Of a DNA stretch of 64,000 nucleotides, positions 1-10,670 are shown one piece after another. The notes beneath the pieces were generated by a model that saw nothing but the letters and a program-made list of their open reading frames with translations, did not search any database and was not told the DNA's origin. Position numbers and translations under genes: made by a program. The stretch comes from Bacteroidota bacterium (GTDB taxonomy: Bacteria; Bacteroidota; Bacteroidia; AKYH767-A; OLB10), in contig JADKFV010000017.1 of assembly GCA_016717325.1 (NCBI GenBank), positions 1,533-65,532 of the forward strand. Reading direction: 5' to 3'. Every line of letters begins with the position of its first letter. The stretch's first letter is position 1.

Positions 1-55
1 TTTCTCATAATTCTCTATTTTTTAGTGCGCCAAAATTAATAATTTTTATTACTTA

Positions 56-752
56 CTATTCTTTGGCTGTAATTTTTTTGTTCACCACTTCAGTTTTCTC
101 CAAATGCTGCACAAATCCAAATCGCCTGCTGCTGTCAATATTGCTTATACTGCGGTTGTTAAGCGCCTCAAGTGTGGTTTCGGCCATGGTGGCAAATGGA
201 GGAATAAACAAATCGGCCTCCGCGCAAAAAGATAAATTAGCCTCCACCATCGAATCGATTGCCGCATCCGTAATGATATCCGTATCAAGTTTATTGTAAA
301 TAATGCCCAATTGTTTTTTGCCCTCCATAAAAAAGTGATTATCGCAATTCACAAATATACGCGACACCATCATTCCGGCATCTTCTACCCTATTAAACTT
401 AAACGAGTCGGCCATAAAATTGTAAACGCAAATCATACCGCAAAAGGCACGCATAGGATTTTCCTTTATGTACGAATTTTTATGTATCATATTGGCATCA
501 TCAATTTGAAAACACTTGCATGCATCAAAAAACAAGCACATCGTTACCCGCTTTAAAGTGCACCTCCAACCTGCCCTTATCAATATACTCAATTGCAATG
601 CGCGGGTCAGATTCAGTGGCGGCACTCTTCAACTCCTGTTCCTTTTGTTGCAATACCAATTTTATTTTTTCGAAAACATCCTTTGTAACATTAAACACAT
701 CAATATGTGTTTTACTTTTTTCCAATATCGTTTTCACTAATGCCTCTGTCAT
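56..752 (-). CDS. Hypothetical protein. ORFs 56..625 and 525..752 overlap by 100 nt and may be one gene split by a frameshift.
   Basis: The 525..752 frame reads as a natural N-terminus. The first ~45 aa of the 56..625 ORF are Cys/Trp-rich junk, then the sequence turns protein-like. No family recognised. Confidence 0.3.
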
Positions 753-1179
753 CTCAAATTTTATTAATGCCTAAAGAAAACACATTGCCCACAACACCAA
801 CAAAAATATTTTTTTTGAAGCTCAACGGTTTATCCTTTTTACAAACGGCTTGGTCCTGCTTTACGCTGCAATCTTTTTTTTCACCACGCACAAACCCGCA
901 TACAAAAAAAGGATTTCCGCTGCAATCAGGGCTAGTAAAAATAGCTTTGGCTTTGTAAAAACGTTTTAACATAAGCACACAATTGATTTAATGATAGAAG
1001 ATTGATTTCGTTTTACGATATAGATTTGCACAAACATTCTTTTCTTATAAAATATCAAATTGATTTTGTAGCTGAAAATAATTTTTAATCTATTTATGAG
1101 TTTCTGAATTGTAAATTTATGGATTATTAGAATAAATTTGTCAAAGTTGAATGCGAAATACATCGAACAAATTAAATAC

Positions 1180-2189
1180 ATGCCAAACGTTTATAATTAT
1201 TTAATATCAAAAGCATTTATCATCATTGTGCTTTTATTCGCCAATTCAAGTCTGAATGGGCAAAGCGCATGCACAATGAGCGATGGAAGAATATTTCTAG
1301 AGCGGCTTCCAATTTGGAATTTCCCAATATTTTTGGTAAAGGTTTTAGAAACAGAAATTGAACCGACAAGAAATATTTCTAAAGTGCAAATTTTAGAAAC
1401 CTTTTTCGGAGACATTGATACTAATATAATTTCATTTATTTCGGGCGGCCCATCGCGTTATAAATATGAACCTACTTCTTCTTTGCCACCAAATATTATT
1501 TTGCTTTTACGGACCAATTGCAATCCTAATAAAAATACCAAAGTTGAAGATATTCAATACGGCATGGACTATTTTGATAGCAGCGCAAATAAAATGTTTG
1601 AACTTAATGCTATCAGGAAATTTAGCACAGCTCGAAAATTAAAAAGGAAACGCCCATTTGAAATATTTTACACTAATGGAAACTTAGGAGCAAAAGGTGC
1701 TTTTAAAAATGGAAAGCCAATAGGCATGTGGCAATTCTTTTTTGATAACGGAAAAATTAAAACAGTAAATATCTATGATAAAAAGGCAAGGTTAACTTCT
1801 AAAAATACTTCATACGAGTATGGATACCAAGATACCGTACCATCAAAATTAATTATATCGAATATAAAAAAGGGAAATATGATGGAAGCACACAATTTGA
1901 AAGAGACACCACGAATTACTTTCTCAAAAATGAGTTTAAGGAATATAAAAAAGGAACCACATCTTACGGTACATCAACATCGTATTTTCCGAATGGATTC
2001 TTGGAATCAAAACAGATCCAAATTGTGCAAAATAGTGATAGGCCAGTCAACATTACCCTGGTCATTACCGAAAATTATTATCCCGATGGAAAAATAAAAA
2101 TGAAAAAAGCGGTTCTAGATAATGTAGAAATGTATATTGAAAACTATGATGATTTTGGAAAGAAAATAGTGCCTGAACCCCAAGAATAA
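1180..2189 (+). pseudogene. Secreted MORN/YwqK-like repeat protein, frameshifted near the A6 run at about 1865
   Basis: Signal-peptide-like start MPNVYNYLISKAFIIIVLLFANSSLNGQS. YwqK/MORN motifs GKPIGMWQFFFDNGKIKTVNIYDKK in frame 1 and EYKKGKYDGSTQFE..ENYYPDGKIKMKK in frame 0. The frames switch at a homopolymer. Confidence 0.45.
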
Positions 2190-2243
2190 AACTAACTTAA
2201 GTTATTTTACCCTACATTTGGATTCCAAAAAAAAACAAAAATA

Positions 2244-2936
2244 ATGATTGAGCAAATTTTAGATTTAGTAAAACGCTTTGGTGCCGATACGGTTGTAAAT
2301 AATCCACAAGTGCCAAACGAAAAAAACAACGAAGTACTTGCCGATGCAACACAAACAATTACCGGTGGGTTGCAAAATATTTTGTCGGGCGGAGGCTTGC
2401 AAAATATTCTTTCGCTATTCAGCAATGGTGCCACCAACCAAAGCAGTATAATGCAAAACCCCATTGTAAATATGATGGTAGGCCACTTTATGAATAAACT
2501 TATGGCCAAGTATGGCTTGCAAGGCAGCGCAGCAAGTAGCATTGCTTCAAGTTTAATTCCATCGGTTTTAAGTGGATTGATTTCGAAAACTGCCGACCCC
2601 AACGACAATTCTATCGATATGAACAACATCATTAGTTCGCTCACGGGTGGCAAAGCTCCTGTGGCACAACAAAACGGTGGCGGTAATGGCTTCGATTTTC
2701 AGGCATTACTCGAACAATTTATTGGCAACAATCAAACCCAACAAAATACACAACCCCAAAACGGATTACAAGATATTATATCGGCTTTTACCGGTGGAGC
2801 AAATCAAAACACACAACAACAAGGTGGTTTGCAGGATATTATTTCTGCAATAACAGGTGGCGCACAACAACAACAAGAAACACAAGCCCAATCGGGCGGA
2901 GGAATTATGGACATTATTAAAATGTTTGCACGTTGA
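2244..2936 (+). CDS. Gly/Gln-rich repetitive protein, DUF937-like
   Basis: Repeated GGLQNILSGGGLQNILS and GGLQDIISA(F/I)TGG units. Overall resemblance to DUF937 family proteins. Family assignment by eye only. Confidence 0.4.
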   Translation: MIEQILDLVKRFGADTVVNNPQVPNEKNNEVLADATQTITGGLQNILSGGGLQNILSLFSNGATNQSSIMQNPIVNMMVGHFMNKLMAKYGLQGSAASSIASSLIPSVLSGLISKTADPNDNSIDMNNIISSLTGGKAPVAQQNGGGNGFDFQALLEQFIGNNQTQQNTQPQNGLQDIISAFTGGANQNTQQQGGLQDIISAITGGAQQQQETQAQSGGGIMDIIKMFAR

Positions 2937-3104
2937 TTTTTTTGCAGATTTATTTGAGAATAATATTTTTTGCTGTTACTCGAAACTCATTCGTCAATTA
3001 CCAATTTAGCGGGGCAAGTTGCAACAAAATAAATATTATAATTTCTTTATGTGATCACAAGTCATTGCGACTGCACCATGCAATCTCTTCTACGTATAAC
3101 CATG

Positions 3105-3620
3105 TCACTGGAGAGATTGCTTCAGTCGTGCCTCCTTCGCGATGACGGGAGTGCATAAAATAATATCTGTATTCCTCCGTGTTCTCCGCGCCTCCGTGCG
3201 AAATGCATTTGAATTCCTCCGTGTTCTCTTTACCTCCGTGCGAAATGTATTTGCATTCTCAGTGCCACCATGCGAAAAATTTGACGCAAAGATTGCTTCA
3301 GTCGTACCTGCTTCTCGATGACGTAAGTGCCCAAAAAAACATTTGCATTCCTCCGTGTTCTCCACTCCTCTGTGCGAAACTTTTGCTTGCAGAGATTGCT
3401 TCAGTCGTACCTCCTTCGCAATGACGGGAGTGCATAAAATAATATCTGTATTCCTCCGTGTTCTCCGCGCCTCCGTGCGAAATGCATTTGAATTCCTCCG
3501 TGTTCTCTTTACCTCCGTGCGAAATGTATTTGCATTCTCAGTGCCACCATGCGAAAAATTTGATGCAGAGATTGCTTCAGTCGTTCCTCCTTCGCAATGA
3601 CGGAAGAAAAGAAATTTCAA
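3105..3620. repeat. Noncoding tandem repeat: about 285 bp duplicated twice, each copy holding 2.5 copies of a 42-bp subunit (TTCCTCCGTGTTCTC..CCTCCGTGCGAAATGCATTTG)
   Basis: Direct comparison of 3105-3392 with 3393-3600. Copies of the subunit also occur near 3800-3840 and 5758-5790. The 171-aa minus-strand ORF here shows the same duplication at protein level, so it is an artefact. Confidence 0.8.
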
Positions 3621-3800
3621 GCCAGCACTGGGGCTAAAAAAATATTTCGGCTAAAGCCAATACAAATTATTAAAACCGTCCGATAAATCGGACGGCAATG
3701 ATTTGCTTGCGCGAAAAACTTTGTGCTTTAGTGTCTTTGTGGCAAAAAAGTATTTGGCATCCGTTCTGGCATGGGTTGCTAAAAAGCATCTGTTCCAAAT
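3574..3800. repeat. Dispersed about 220-bp repeat, copy A. It starts with GAGATTGCTTCAGTCGTNCCTCCTTCGCAATGACG and contains the hairpin CCGTCCGATAAATCGGACGG.
   Basis: Near-identical to 6478-6700. The 35-mer head also occurs at 3113, 3287 and 3393. Confidence 0.8.
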
Positions 3801-3942
3801 TCCTCCGTGTTCTCAGTGCCTCCGTGCGAAATGCATTTATATTCTCACAAAAAAAATATTTCCCTCTCCCGTATGGAATAAACTTTTGCATTTCATCCTC
3901 ATACTGAAAATCAATTATAAAATTTACTAAAATAAAAATCGT

Positions 3943-5641
3943 ATGAGAAAATTATTTTGCTCCGTAGTGATGGTATTCACTTTTATTTATGCTGCAACAG
4001 CACAACAGATTCTAACATGTAAAGCCACGGTTGACAAAGCCACTGTATACCTTACAGGCGCTACACTCACAAGCACTGCCGACTTCAATTTGAAACAAGG
4101 CATAAACGAACTTGTATTCGAAAATATTTCTTCGGCACTCAACACACAATCGTTGCAGGCATCGGGCAAAGGAAACTTTGTAATAATGGATGTGAGGTAC
4201 AATGTAAAAATGAATGAGCAACCAACCGTAAAGCCCGATACAAAATTTGATAAAATAATAAATCAGCTCAACGATTCTATTACCGAAATGGAATTTGTAA
4301 TAGAAGAATTAACTGAACGCAACACCGCATTGCAAAGCGAAAAAAATATTTTGCTCACCAACAGATTAATGAAAGGCGAAACAAAACAAGACACGCTTGC
4401 ACTATTCACCGAAGCTATTGCGTTTTTACGTGCTCGATTAGAAAACATTACTGCAGAAACTTTTAAAGTAAAACGTGCATTGCAAAAAAACAATGTTGCG
4501 CTTGCAAATTTGCAACAGCGTTATCAGGAATTGATTGACGCTAAAAACAAAACCACTATTCCAAAAATATCAACTGCATCGGTATGCCAGGCAATAGTAA
4601 CTGTAATGGCCGAAACAGAATCTGCCGCAAAAGTATCGGTAAGTTATTATGTAAATGGTGCAGGCTGGAAACCAACTTATGATATACGTGCATCGGGAAC
4701 AAGCAATACTATTGGCATAACACACAAAGCACAATTGTACCAAAACACTGGTCTCGACTGGAACAATACTGCCATTACACTCGCTACTGCAACACCTAAT
4801 CAAGGCATTAACAAGCCACAACTTAATCCACAACTTATAGGTTACTTCATGGCAGTGATGCGCGAAAAAAGAAAAGCCTTAAATAATGAAACACTTGACG
4901 AAGCTACAATTACTGGCACTACAGCAATGGATGCTAAAAAGCCATCAATAAAGGACGATGCCGAAGACATGGCTTTATACACCGATATGGTTGAAAACCT
5001 TGTGCAAACTGAATATAACATAAAACTAAAATACAACATACCTGCCGATGGCAAAGAACACATGGTAGTTATACAAAACACAGAAGTGAAGGCCGATTAT
5101 AATTTCTCTGCAGTACCTAAACTTGATGCCAATGCATATTTACAAGCACGCATAACCGACTGGAGCGATTTGAATTTATTGCCCGGCATATCGCGTATAT
5201 TTTTCGACAATTCTTTTGTAGGCCAATCGGTAATTGATCCATACATCACAAACGACACCATGTTGCTAAGTTTGGGTAAAGACAAATCGATAATAATGCA
5301 ACGCAAAAAATTGAAAGATAAAACAAGACAAAAATTTTTTGGGCGAAGACAAAACAATTTCCTACTCGTTCGAAATAAGTTTAAAAAATACAAAATCGTT
5401 GCCGGTAAATATTACTGTCGAAGATCAGATTCCAATTTCCAATACAAAAGAAATAGAAGTGAAATTGATAGCTGGCAACAAAGCTAACTACAATGTAGAA
5501 ACCGGAAAACTTGAATGGGATTTACAATTGAAACCAGGCGAATCGAAAAAATTATTGGTTACCTACGAAGTAAAATTACCCAAGAATAAAGCCTGGCGGG
5601 GATGTAGTTTGAGGGAGCGTTGGGGAAGTTTTGAAAGTTGA
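3943..5641 (+). pseudogene. DUF4139 (mucoidy inhibitor MuiA-like, DUF4140 N-terminal) protein, frameshifted near 5335 at CAAAAATTTTTTGGG
   Basis: Signal peptide, then KATVDKATVYLTGATLTSTADFNLKQGINELVFENISSALNTQSLQASGKG typical of the DUF4140/DUF4139 family. The family C-terminus (ISYSFEISLKNTKSLPVNITVEDQIPIS..KLEWDLQLKPGESKKLLVTYEVKLPKNK) is in ORF 5339..5641, in another frame. Confidence 0.7.
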
Positions 5642-5868
5642 GAAGGCTGGGAAAGTTGAGAAGGTTTAAAAGTTCGATGGTTCAAAAGTTGTTTCATGCA
5701 TTCTGAATTTATTCGGAATTCACTCATCCTATACTTGACAAAAAGCATTTGTATTTCTAAGTGTTCTCTTTTCCTCCGTGCGAAATGTATTCCTTTAAAG
5801 AAAATAAAAACCTAATTGCATATTTATTTGATGACAGAAAAAGATTTCATTTGTGATGCAAATAAAAT

Positions 5869-6384
5869 TTGGCGATGCAGAAATTCGAAACTACCATTTT
5901 AAAATTTGGAAGCATGGGTGAAAAAACCGGATGGACGTATATCATCATTCCGGCCGATGTAGCCCAACTTGTAAAACCCGGCAACAAAGTTTCGTTTAAA
6001 ATAAAAGGTAAACTCGACAATTATAAGTTCAGTGGGCTAAGTGTATTGCCAATGGGTAAAGGCGATTTTATTTTAGCGTTGAATGCCGAAATAAGAAAAG
6101 GAATTGGTAAGCGCCACGGTGCTATGTTGATGGTACAATTAGAAGAAGATAAAAGTCCGTTCATAATGAATGCTGATTTTATGGAATGCTTAAATGATGC
6201 ACCCGATGCTGTTGAATTTTTCGAAACTTTAAGCGGTTCACATCAGCGTTATTTTTCGAAATGGGTTGACAGTGCAAAAACAATAGAAACAAAAACCAAA
6301 CGAATTGCGCTTGCAATAAATGCGCTGTCAAAAAAACTTGGCTATCCCGAAATGTTGCGATCACAAAAGCAAAACAAATTGTGA
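5869..6384 (+). CDS. DUF1905 / YdeI-OmpD-associated family protein
   Basis: 171 aa. ILKFGSMGEKTGWTYIIIPADVA is DUF1905-like. The C-terminus RYFSKWVDSAKTIETKTKRIALAINALS is YdeI/bacteriocin-protection-like. Confidence 0.65.
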   Translation: MAMQKFETTILKFGSMGEKTGWTYIIIPADVAQLVKPGNKVSFKIKGKLDNYKFSGLSVLPMGKGDFILALNAEIRKGIGKRHGAMLMVQLEEDKSPFIMNADFMECLNDAPDAVEFFETLSGSHQRYFSKWVDSAKTIETKTKRIALAINALSKKLGYPEMLRSQKQNKL

Positions 6385-6477
6385 TTATGCTTTTTCTTCT
6401 CCAGTAATTGTGTGTTCTTCTCCCTTCATTGTAGGCAAGGCGAAGCAATCTCTGCTGCGCCAAATCATATTGATGCT

Positions 6478-6700
6478 GAGATTGCTTCAGTCGTACCTCC
6501 TTCGCAATGACGAAGGAAAGAGTATTCGTTCTTGCATTCGTGGTAAAAAAATATTTCGGCTAAAGCCAATACAAATTATAAATACCGTCCGATAAATCGG
6601 ACGGCAATGAATTGCTTTCGCAAAAGCTTTGTGCTTTGGTCTCTTTGTAGCAAAAAATTATTCGGCATTCATTCATGCATTCGTGGCTAAAAAGTATTGG
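6478..6700. repeat. Dispersed about 220-bp repeat, copy B (partner of 3574-3800)
   Basis: Same 35-mer head, same CCGTCCGATAAATCGGACGG hairpin and same trailing sequence as copy A. The two copies sit in direct orientation and bracket 3943-6384. Confidence 0.8.
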
Positions 6701-6703
6701 CAT

Positions 6704-6745
6704 AAAAAAACCTGCAACTTTCATTGCAGGTTCTCTTTTTTATTT
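6704..6745. terminator. Bidirectional rho-independent terminator
   Basis: Hairpin CCTGCAA-CTTTCAT-TTGCAGG flanked by A7 on the left and a T-rich run on the right. Lies just downstream of the adaptor gene stop. Confidence 0.6.
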
Positions 6746-6756
6746 CTGATTCAAAA

Positions 6757-8148
6757 TTATTTTTTCTCCAAATCGGGTTCGAACAATTCGTCTTTACTCA
6801 CAACTTTTATTTTATCGCTTTCATTAATCAATTTCGAAATGGTAAGGTATGGTCCGGTAATAATTTTTTCGCCTCCCTTTAATCCGGTTTTTATTTCTAT
6901 AAAATTATTGTCCTGTATACCGGTAGATACCAATATGCGTTTGGCTTTTCCATCTTCAATTACAAATACACATTCTTTTATATTGGCTTCATCATCTTTC
7001 GAAGGCGCCTTATCATCCTTTTTTTCTTCCTCTTTATTTTCACCACCTATGGCTATTTTTATTTTTTTGGCATCAGCCTTTTTACTTGTATCGCGTGTAG
7101 TTACACATTGTATTGGCACAGCCACAACATTTGAAGCCTCCTTGGTACGTATTTCTACCGATGCCGACATGCCAGGGCGAAAAGGACTTTGGTTTGCATT
7201 CGATTCATTCATGAGGTCTTTATACGAGTCGCGAAGTATCCGCACTTTCACTGTATAGTTTGTTACCTGATCTGTGCTTTGTTGCATCAACGATGTTTTT
7301 GCAGCGTTTGCAATTTCAGTAACCACACCTTTAAATTTTCTATCGTCATACGCATCAATTTCTATATCGGCAGTATCGGCCATGCTTACACGTATAATAT
7401 CGGTTTCACTCACATCCACTATTACTTCCATTTCGTTGAGATTTGCAAGGCGCATAATTTCGGTACCATCCATCATATTTGTACCAACAACACGTTCCCC
7501 TTTCTCTTTGCTAAGCGATGAAATTGTTCCATCAACAGGAGCATATAAAATTGTTTTGTTGAGATTTTCCTGCGCTTGTTTGAGTGATGCATTTGCACCC
7601 TGTATGCCAAACTCCGATGCCTTTATATTTTGCAAAGCAGCATCCACTTCGGCTTTTGCAATGTCGTATGCCGATTTAGCATTCTCAAAATCCTGCTGCG
7701 AAATTACTTTATCATCATACAATTGTTTGGCACGTTTAAATGCAAAATCGGCTTTTTCGGATTGCGATTTTGCTTGCTCCATTCTCGATTTGCTTCCTGC
7801 CAATCCACTTTTACTTGTATTTACCGATGCCTTTACTCTATCCAAATCCGACAAATAAATATCGGGACGAATTTTTACTAGCAAGTCACCTTTCTTTACC
7901 ACTTGCCCTTCTTTTACAAAGAGGTCAACTATTTCGCCACTTACATCGCTGGTTATTTTTAGTTCTGCTTCGGGTTGTACTTTGCCGCTTGCTGTTACTA
8001 TCTCTACAATATTATGGCGCGAAACCAATTCCATGCTTACTTTCTTATCGCCACTTTCGCCAATGAGGCCATTCTTTTTTGCAACAACAAGCGCTATCAA
8101 AAGTATAACAGCTATAAGGCCTATGATAAACCATTTATTACGTAACAT
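6757..8148 (-). CDS. Efflux transporter periplasmic adaptor subunit (HlyD/MacA-type, membrane-anchored)
   Basis: 463 aa. N-terminal TM helix, long coiled-coil region, and beta-barrel/MP domain motifs (ILYAPVDGTIS, RPGMSASVEI). Immediately downstream of TolC on the same strand. Confidence 0.85.
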   Translation of the reverse strand: MLRNKWFIIGLIAVILLIALVVAKKNGLIGESGDKKVSMELVSRHNIVEIVTASGKVQPEAELKITSDVSGEIVDLFVKEGQVVKKGDLLVKIRPDIYLSDLDRVKASVNTSKSGLAGSKSRMEQAKSQSEKADFAFKRAKQLYDDKVISQQDFENAKSAYDIAKAEVDAALQNIKASEFGIQGANASLKQAQENLNKTILYAPVDGTISSLSKEKGERVVGTNMMDGTEIMRLANLNEMEVIVDVSETDIIRVSMADTADIEIDAYDDRKFKGVVTEIANAAKTSLMQQSTDQVTNYTVKVRILRDSYKDLMNESNANQSPFRPGMSASVEIRTKEASNVVAVPIQCVTTRDTSKKADAKKIKIAIGGENKEEEKKDDKAPSKDDEANIKECVFVIEDGKAKRILVSTGIQDNNFIEIKTGLKGGEKIITGPYLTISKLINESDKIKVVSKDELFEPDLEKK

Positions 8149-8179
8149 ATTTTTTGGTGGTTTGAGTTTTATTAAAGAT

Positions 8180-9601
8180 TTACAAAGTTAGTTTTTGGCC
8201 GTTGTAAAATTCCAATACTTTGATTCGAAAAATCAAATCGAATTTTGCCTGCAACAAATCGGACTGTGCACGGGTAGCATTATTTTTGGCTGTGAGATAT
8301 TCGAGCGATGTGCCCATACCGGCATTAAATTTCTTTTCGGAATAGCCCGATGATAAAAGTGCAGCGCTGTATGCTTTTTGTGCTGCGGCATATTTCAATT
8401 GTGCCGACTTTGCATCGAGGTGTGCTTGTTGTATGGTTTTAAAAATTTGCTGTTTCGTATTTTGCAAATCGACTTTGGTACGTGCCATATTTATTTTAGC
8501 ACGACTGATATTGCTGTGTGTACTCCATGCATTGAATATTGGAATTTGCAAACTAAGTCCAATGCCTTTATTCAAATTTTCGTTTACTTGTGTGTTGAAT
8601 GGAGTTTCTTCAAATACGGTTTTAAAACTTGGAGACAAAACAGTATCGAATGCAGATGTAATTTGCCCATTGGGCGCAAAGCCTGTAAATTGAGGTGTTC
8701 CGGCCAATCGCTTTGCACCACTCGAATAACCCGAACTTACACTACCAAACGCAGTGAGGCGTGGTGAGTAACCTCCGCGTGCAATTGACAATGCCGTACC
8801 GGCACTTTGGGAGCGGATTTCTGCAGCTTTCACTTCGGGCATAGCTCTTAATGCATTTTCATATATTTGATAAGCAGTAAATCCAACAATGCTTTGGTCG
8901 GCAAGTTCAAGATTAGGGTCTTCTATATCGAAATTATCGGCACTATCGAGATTCATTATTTGCACCAATGTAAGTAGCGATTGCTTCACAGAGTTTGAAG
9001 CATTTATTTGTTGCAATTCTTCTGATGCAACTTGCGCTTCCAAATCCATGAGACTTCCTTCGGCCAACACGCCCGCCAGCACTTGTTTCTTTATCACATC
9101 GCGTTGTTTTTCTATCGACTCAATACGCAATTTGGCGGCCTTCAGTTGTTCTTTACTAAACAATACCTGCAAGTATGACGATGCCACACTCAACGAAATA
9201 TCGTTAACCACTTTTTCTAAATCGTGCTTGCCGGCCTGGTAATCGAGCTTGCTTTGCTTTACAGTATTCATTAGTTGAAACCCATCGAACAATACCACAT
9301 TCCCACTCAGCGAAAGTTGTGTATTCGAAATTTGCTGATTGGTAAATTGATACGTGTATGGGTCAACAGAGCGGCCAAAATTTATATTCTGACTTGCGCT
9401 CCCATTTACAGATGGCAGCAATGCTGCTTTATTTTGAATAAGCGTAACACGAACGCCTTGCCCGGCAAGAGCCGATTGCTGCACCAGCAAATTATTATTC
9501 ATAGCATATTCAACGCATTCTTTTAGTGACCAACGTTGTTGTGCCTCCATATTGAAATGAAGTAGAAGGCATAGTGCGAAAACAGAAAATGTTCTAAGCA
9601 T
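8180..9601 (-). CDS. TolC-family outer membrane efflux protein
   Basis: 473 aa. Signal peptide, SLKECVEYAMNNN start and two-repeat TolC architecture. Adjacent to the adaptor. Confidence 0.85.
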   Translation of the reverse strand: MLRTFSVFALCLLLHFNMEAQQRWSLKECVEYAMNNNLLVQQSALAGQGVRVTLIQNKAALLPSVNGSASQNINFGRSVDPYTYQFTNQQISNTQLSLSGNVVLFDGFQLMNTVKQSKLDYQAGKHDLEKVVNDISLSVASSYLQVLFSKEQLKAAKLRIESIEKQRDVIKKQVLAGVLAEGSLMDLEAQVASEELQQINASNSVKQSLLTLVQIMNLDSADNFDIEDPNLELADQSIVGFTAYQIYENALRAMPEVKAAEIRSQSAGTALSIARGGYSPRLTAFGSVSSGYSSGAKRLAGTPQFTGFAPNGQITSAFDTVLSPSFKTVFEETPFNTQVNENLNKGIGLSLQIPIFNAWSTHSNISRAKINMARTKVDLQNTKQQIFKTIQQAHLDAKSAQLKYAAAQKAYSAALLSSGYSEKKFNAGMGTSLEYLTAKNNATRAQSDLLQAKFDLIFRIKVLEFYNGQKLTL

Positions 9602-9713
9602 AGTGGTTTTATTTCGAGGTAAAAGTATATATTGCCCTTTAATATTTTTACTTTATAAAAAGTTAATTTTAAGACACTTATAAAATGATATTGTTACAAA
9701 AAAGTAGTTATTA

Positions 9714-10670
9714 TTGTGTATGAGTAAATGGATAGAAACATTAGCGGCTAAATGGAAGCTTGACCCGGGCGAAAAGAGTAACATTGAAACCTACGAAAGC
9801 AAAAAACTTTTTTCCATTTATTATGAGTTACAAACGCTCATAACGGTTGGGGTTTTATTACTTGCTACTTCGGCAGGGATTTTTTTATATAAAAACATCG
9901 ACACTATAGGTCATTCCATTTTGGTATTGTTGACTGGCATTGCTGCTGTATCGTGTTTCGCATTTTGCATATTCAAAAAAGAAAAACAAGCAAACATTAC
10001 TTATTACGATAATGTTCTTTACCTCGGCTGCATGTTGCTTGTAAGTTGCGTTGGTTACTGGCAATATCAGTATGGTATTTTTGGCAATCATCATGCGTTT
10101 GCGATTTTAGTTCCGGCAATAATAATCACAGCATTTGCGTATTATTTTAACGACCGCGCCATTTTAAGTTTGGCTATTACACTTTGGGCCGGTTATTTAG
10201 GATTTACAATTTCGATACCGGCAATTTTGTATGGGCAAAATTTCAGATCGCTTCAACTTATCTTTACAGCAATTATATTTGCATGTGTGCTTATGGCATT
10301 GGCATATGCGCATTACCATTACAAAAAAAATCTTCCTTTTGGTTTTACTATTGCAAGCTTTGCTTTCCATATTATGTGTCTGGCATTGCTTGCAGGTATT
10401 TTTAATCAGCCTTATAGTTGGATTTGGGCAGCAACCCTCGTTGTTATTTGTTTTGCTGCTGTGCTATTTTCGTTGGTCGAGCAATCATATGCAACTTTTG
10501 TTTCGGCAGTGTTGTATACGTACATTGCTGTTTCTTATTTGTGTATCAATTTTTTGATGCATCATCACATTCTCGAGTCCACTTATTTTCTATTGATATA
10601 TTTTATTGCAACTTCCATTATGCTGATAAAATATATTCGTGAGGGAAAACAAAAATTATTTAAAGCCTGA
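9714..10670 (+). CDS. Polytopic integral membrane protein (possibly DUF2157-like)
   Basis: 318 aa. Soluble N-terminal about 40 aa followed by at least 8 hydrophobic helices. Translationally coupled to the next gene through a TGATG overlap at 10668-10672. Confidence 0.5.
   Translation: MCMSKWIETLAAKWKLDPGEKSNIETYESKKLFSIYYELQTLITVGVLLLATSAGIFLYKNIDTIGHSILVLLTGIAAVSCFAFCIFKKEKQANITYYDNVLYLGCMLLVSCVGYWQYQYGIFGNHHAFAILVPAIIITAFAYYFNDRAILSLAITLWAGYLGFTISIPAILYGQNFRSLQLIFTAIIFACVLMALAYAHYHYKKNLPFGFTIASFAFHIMCLALLAGIFNQPYSWIWAATLVVICFAAVLFSLVEQSYATFVSAVLYTYIAVSYLCINFLMHHHILESTYFLLIYFIATSIMLIKYIREGKQKLFKA

Noticed and set aside
3105-3620. 171-aa minus-strand ORF and several 70-85-aa ORFs on both strands inside the 3100-3900 repeat region
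   Set aside because: Their internal duplications mirror the DNA tandem repeat. The composition is extreme (R/T/E-rich or Cys-rich) and every frame is open, which is typical of repeat DNA rather than coding sequence.
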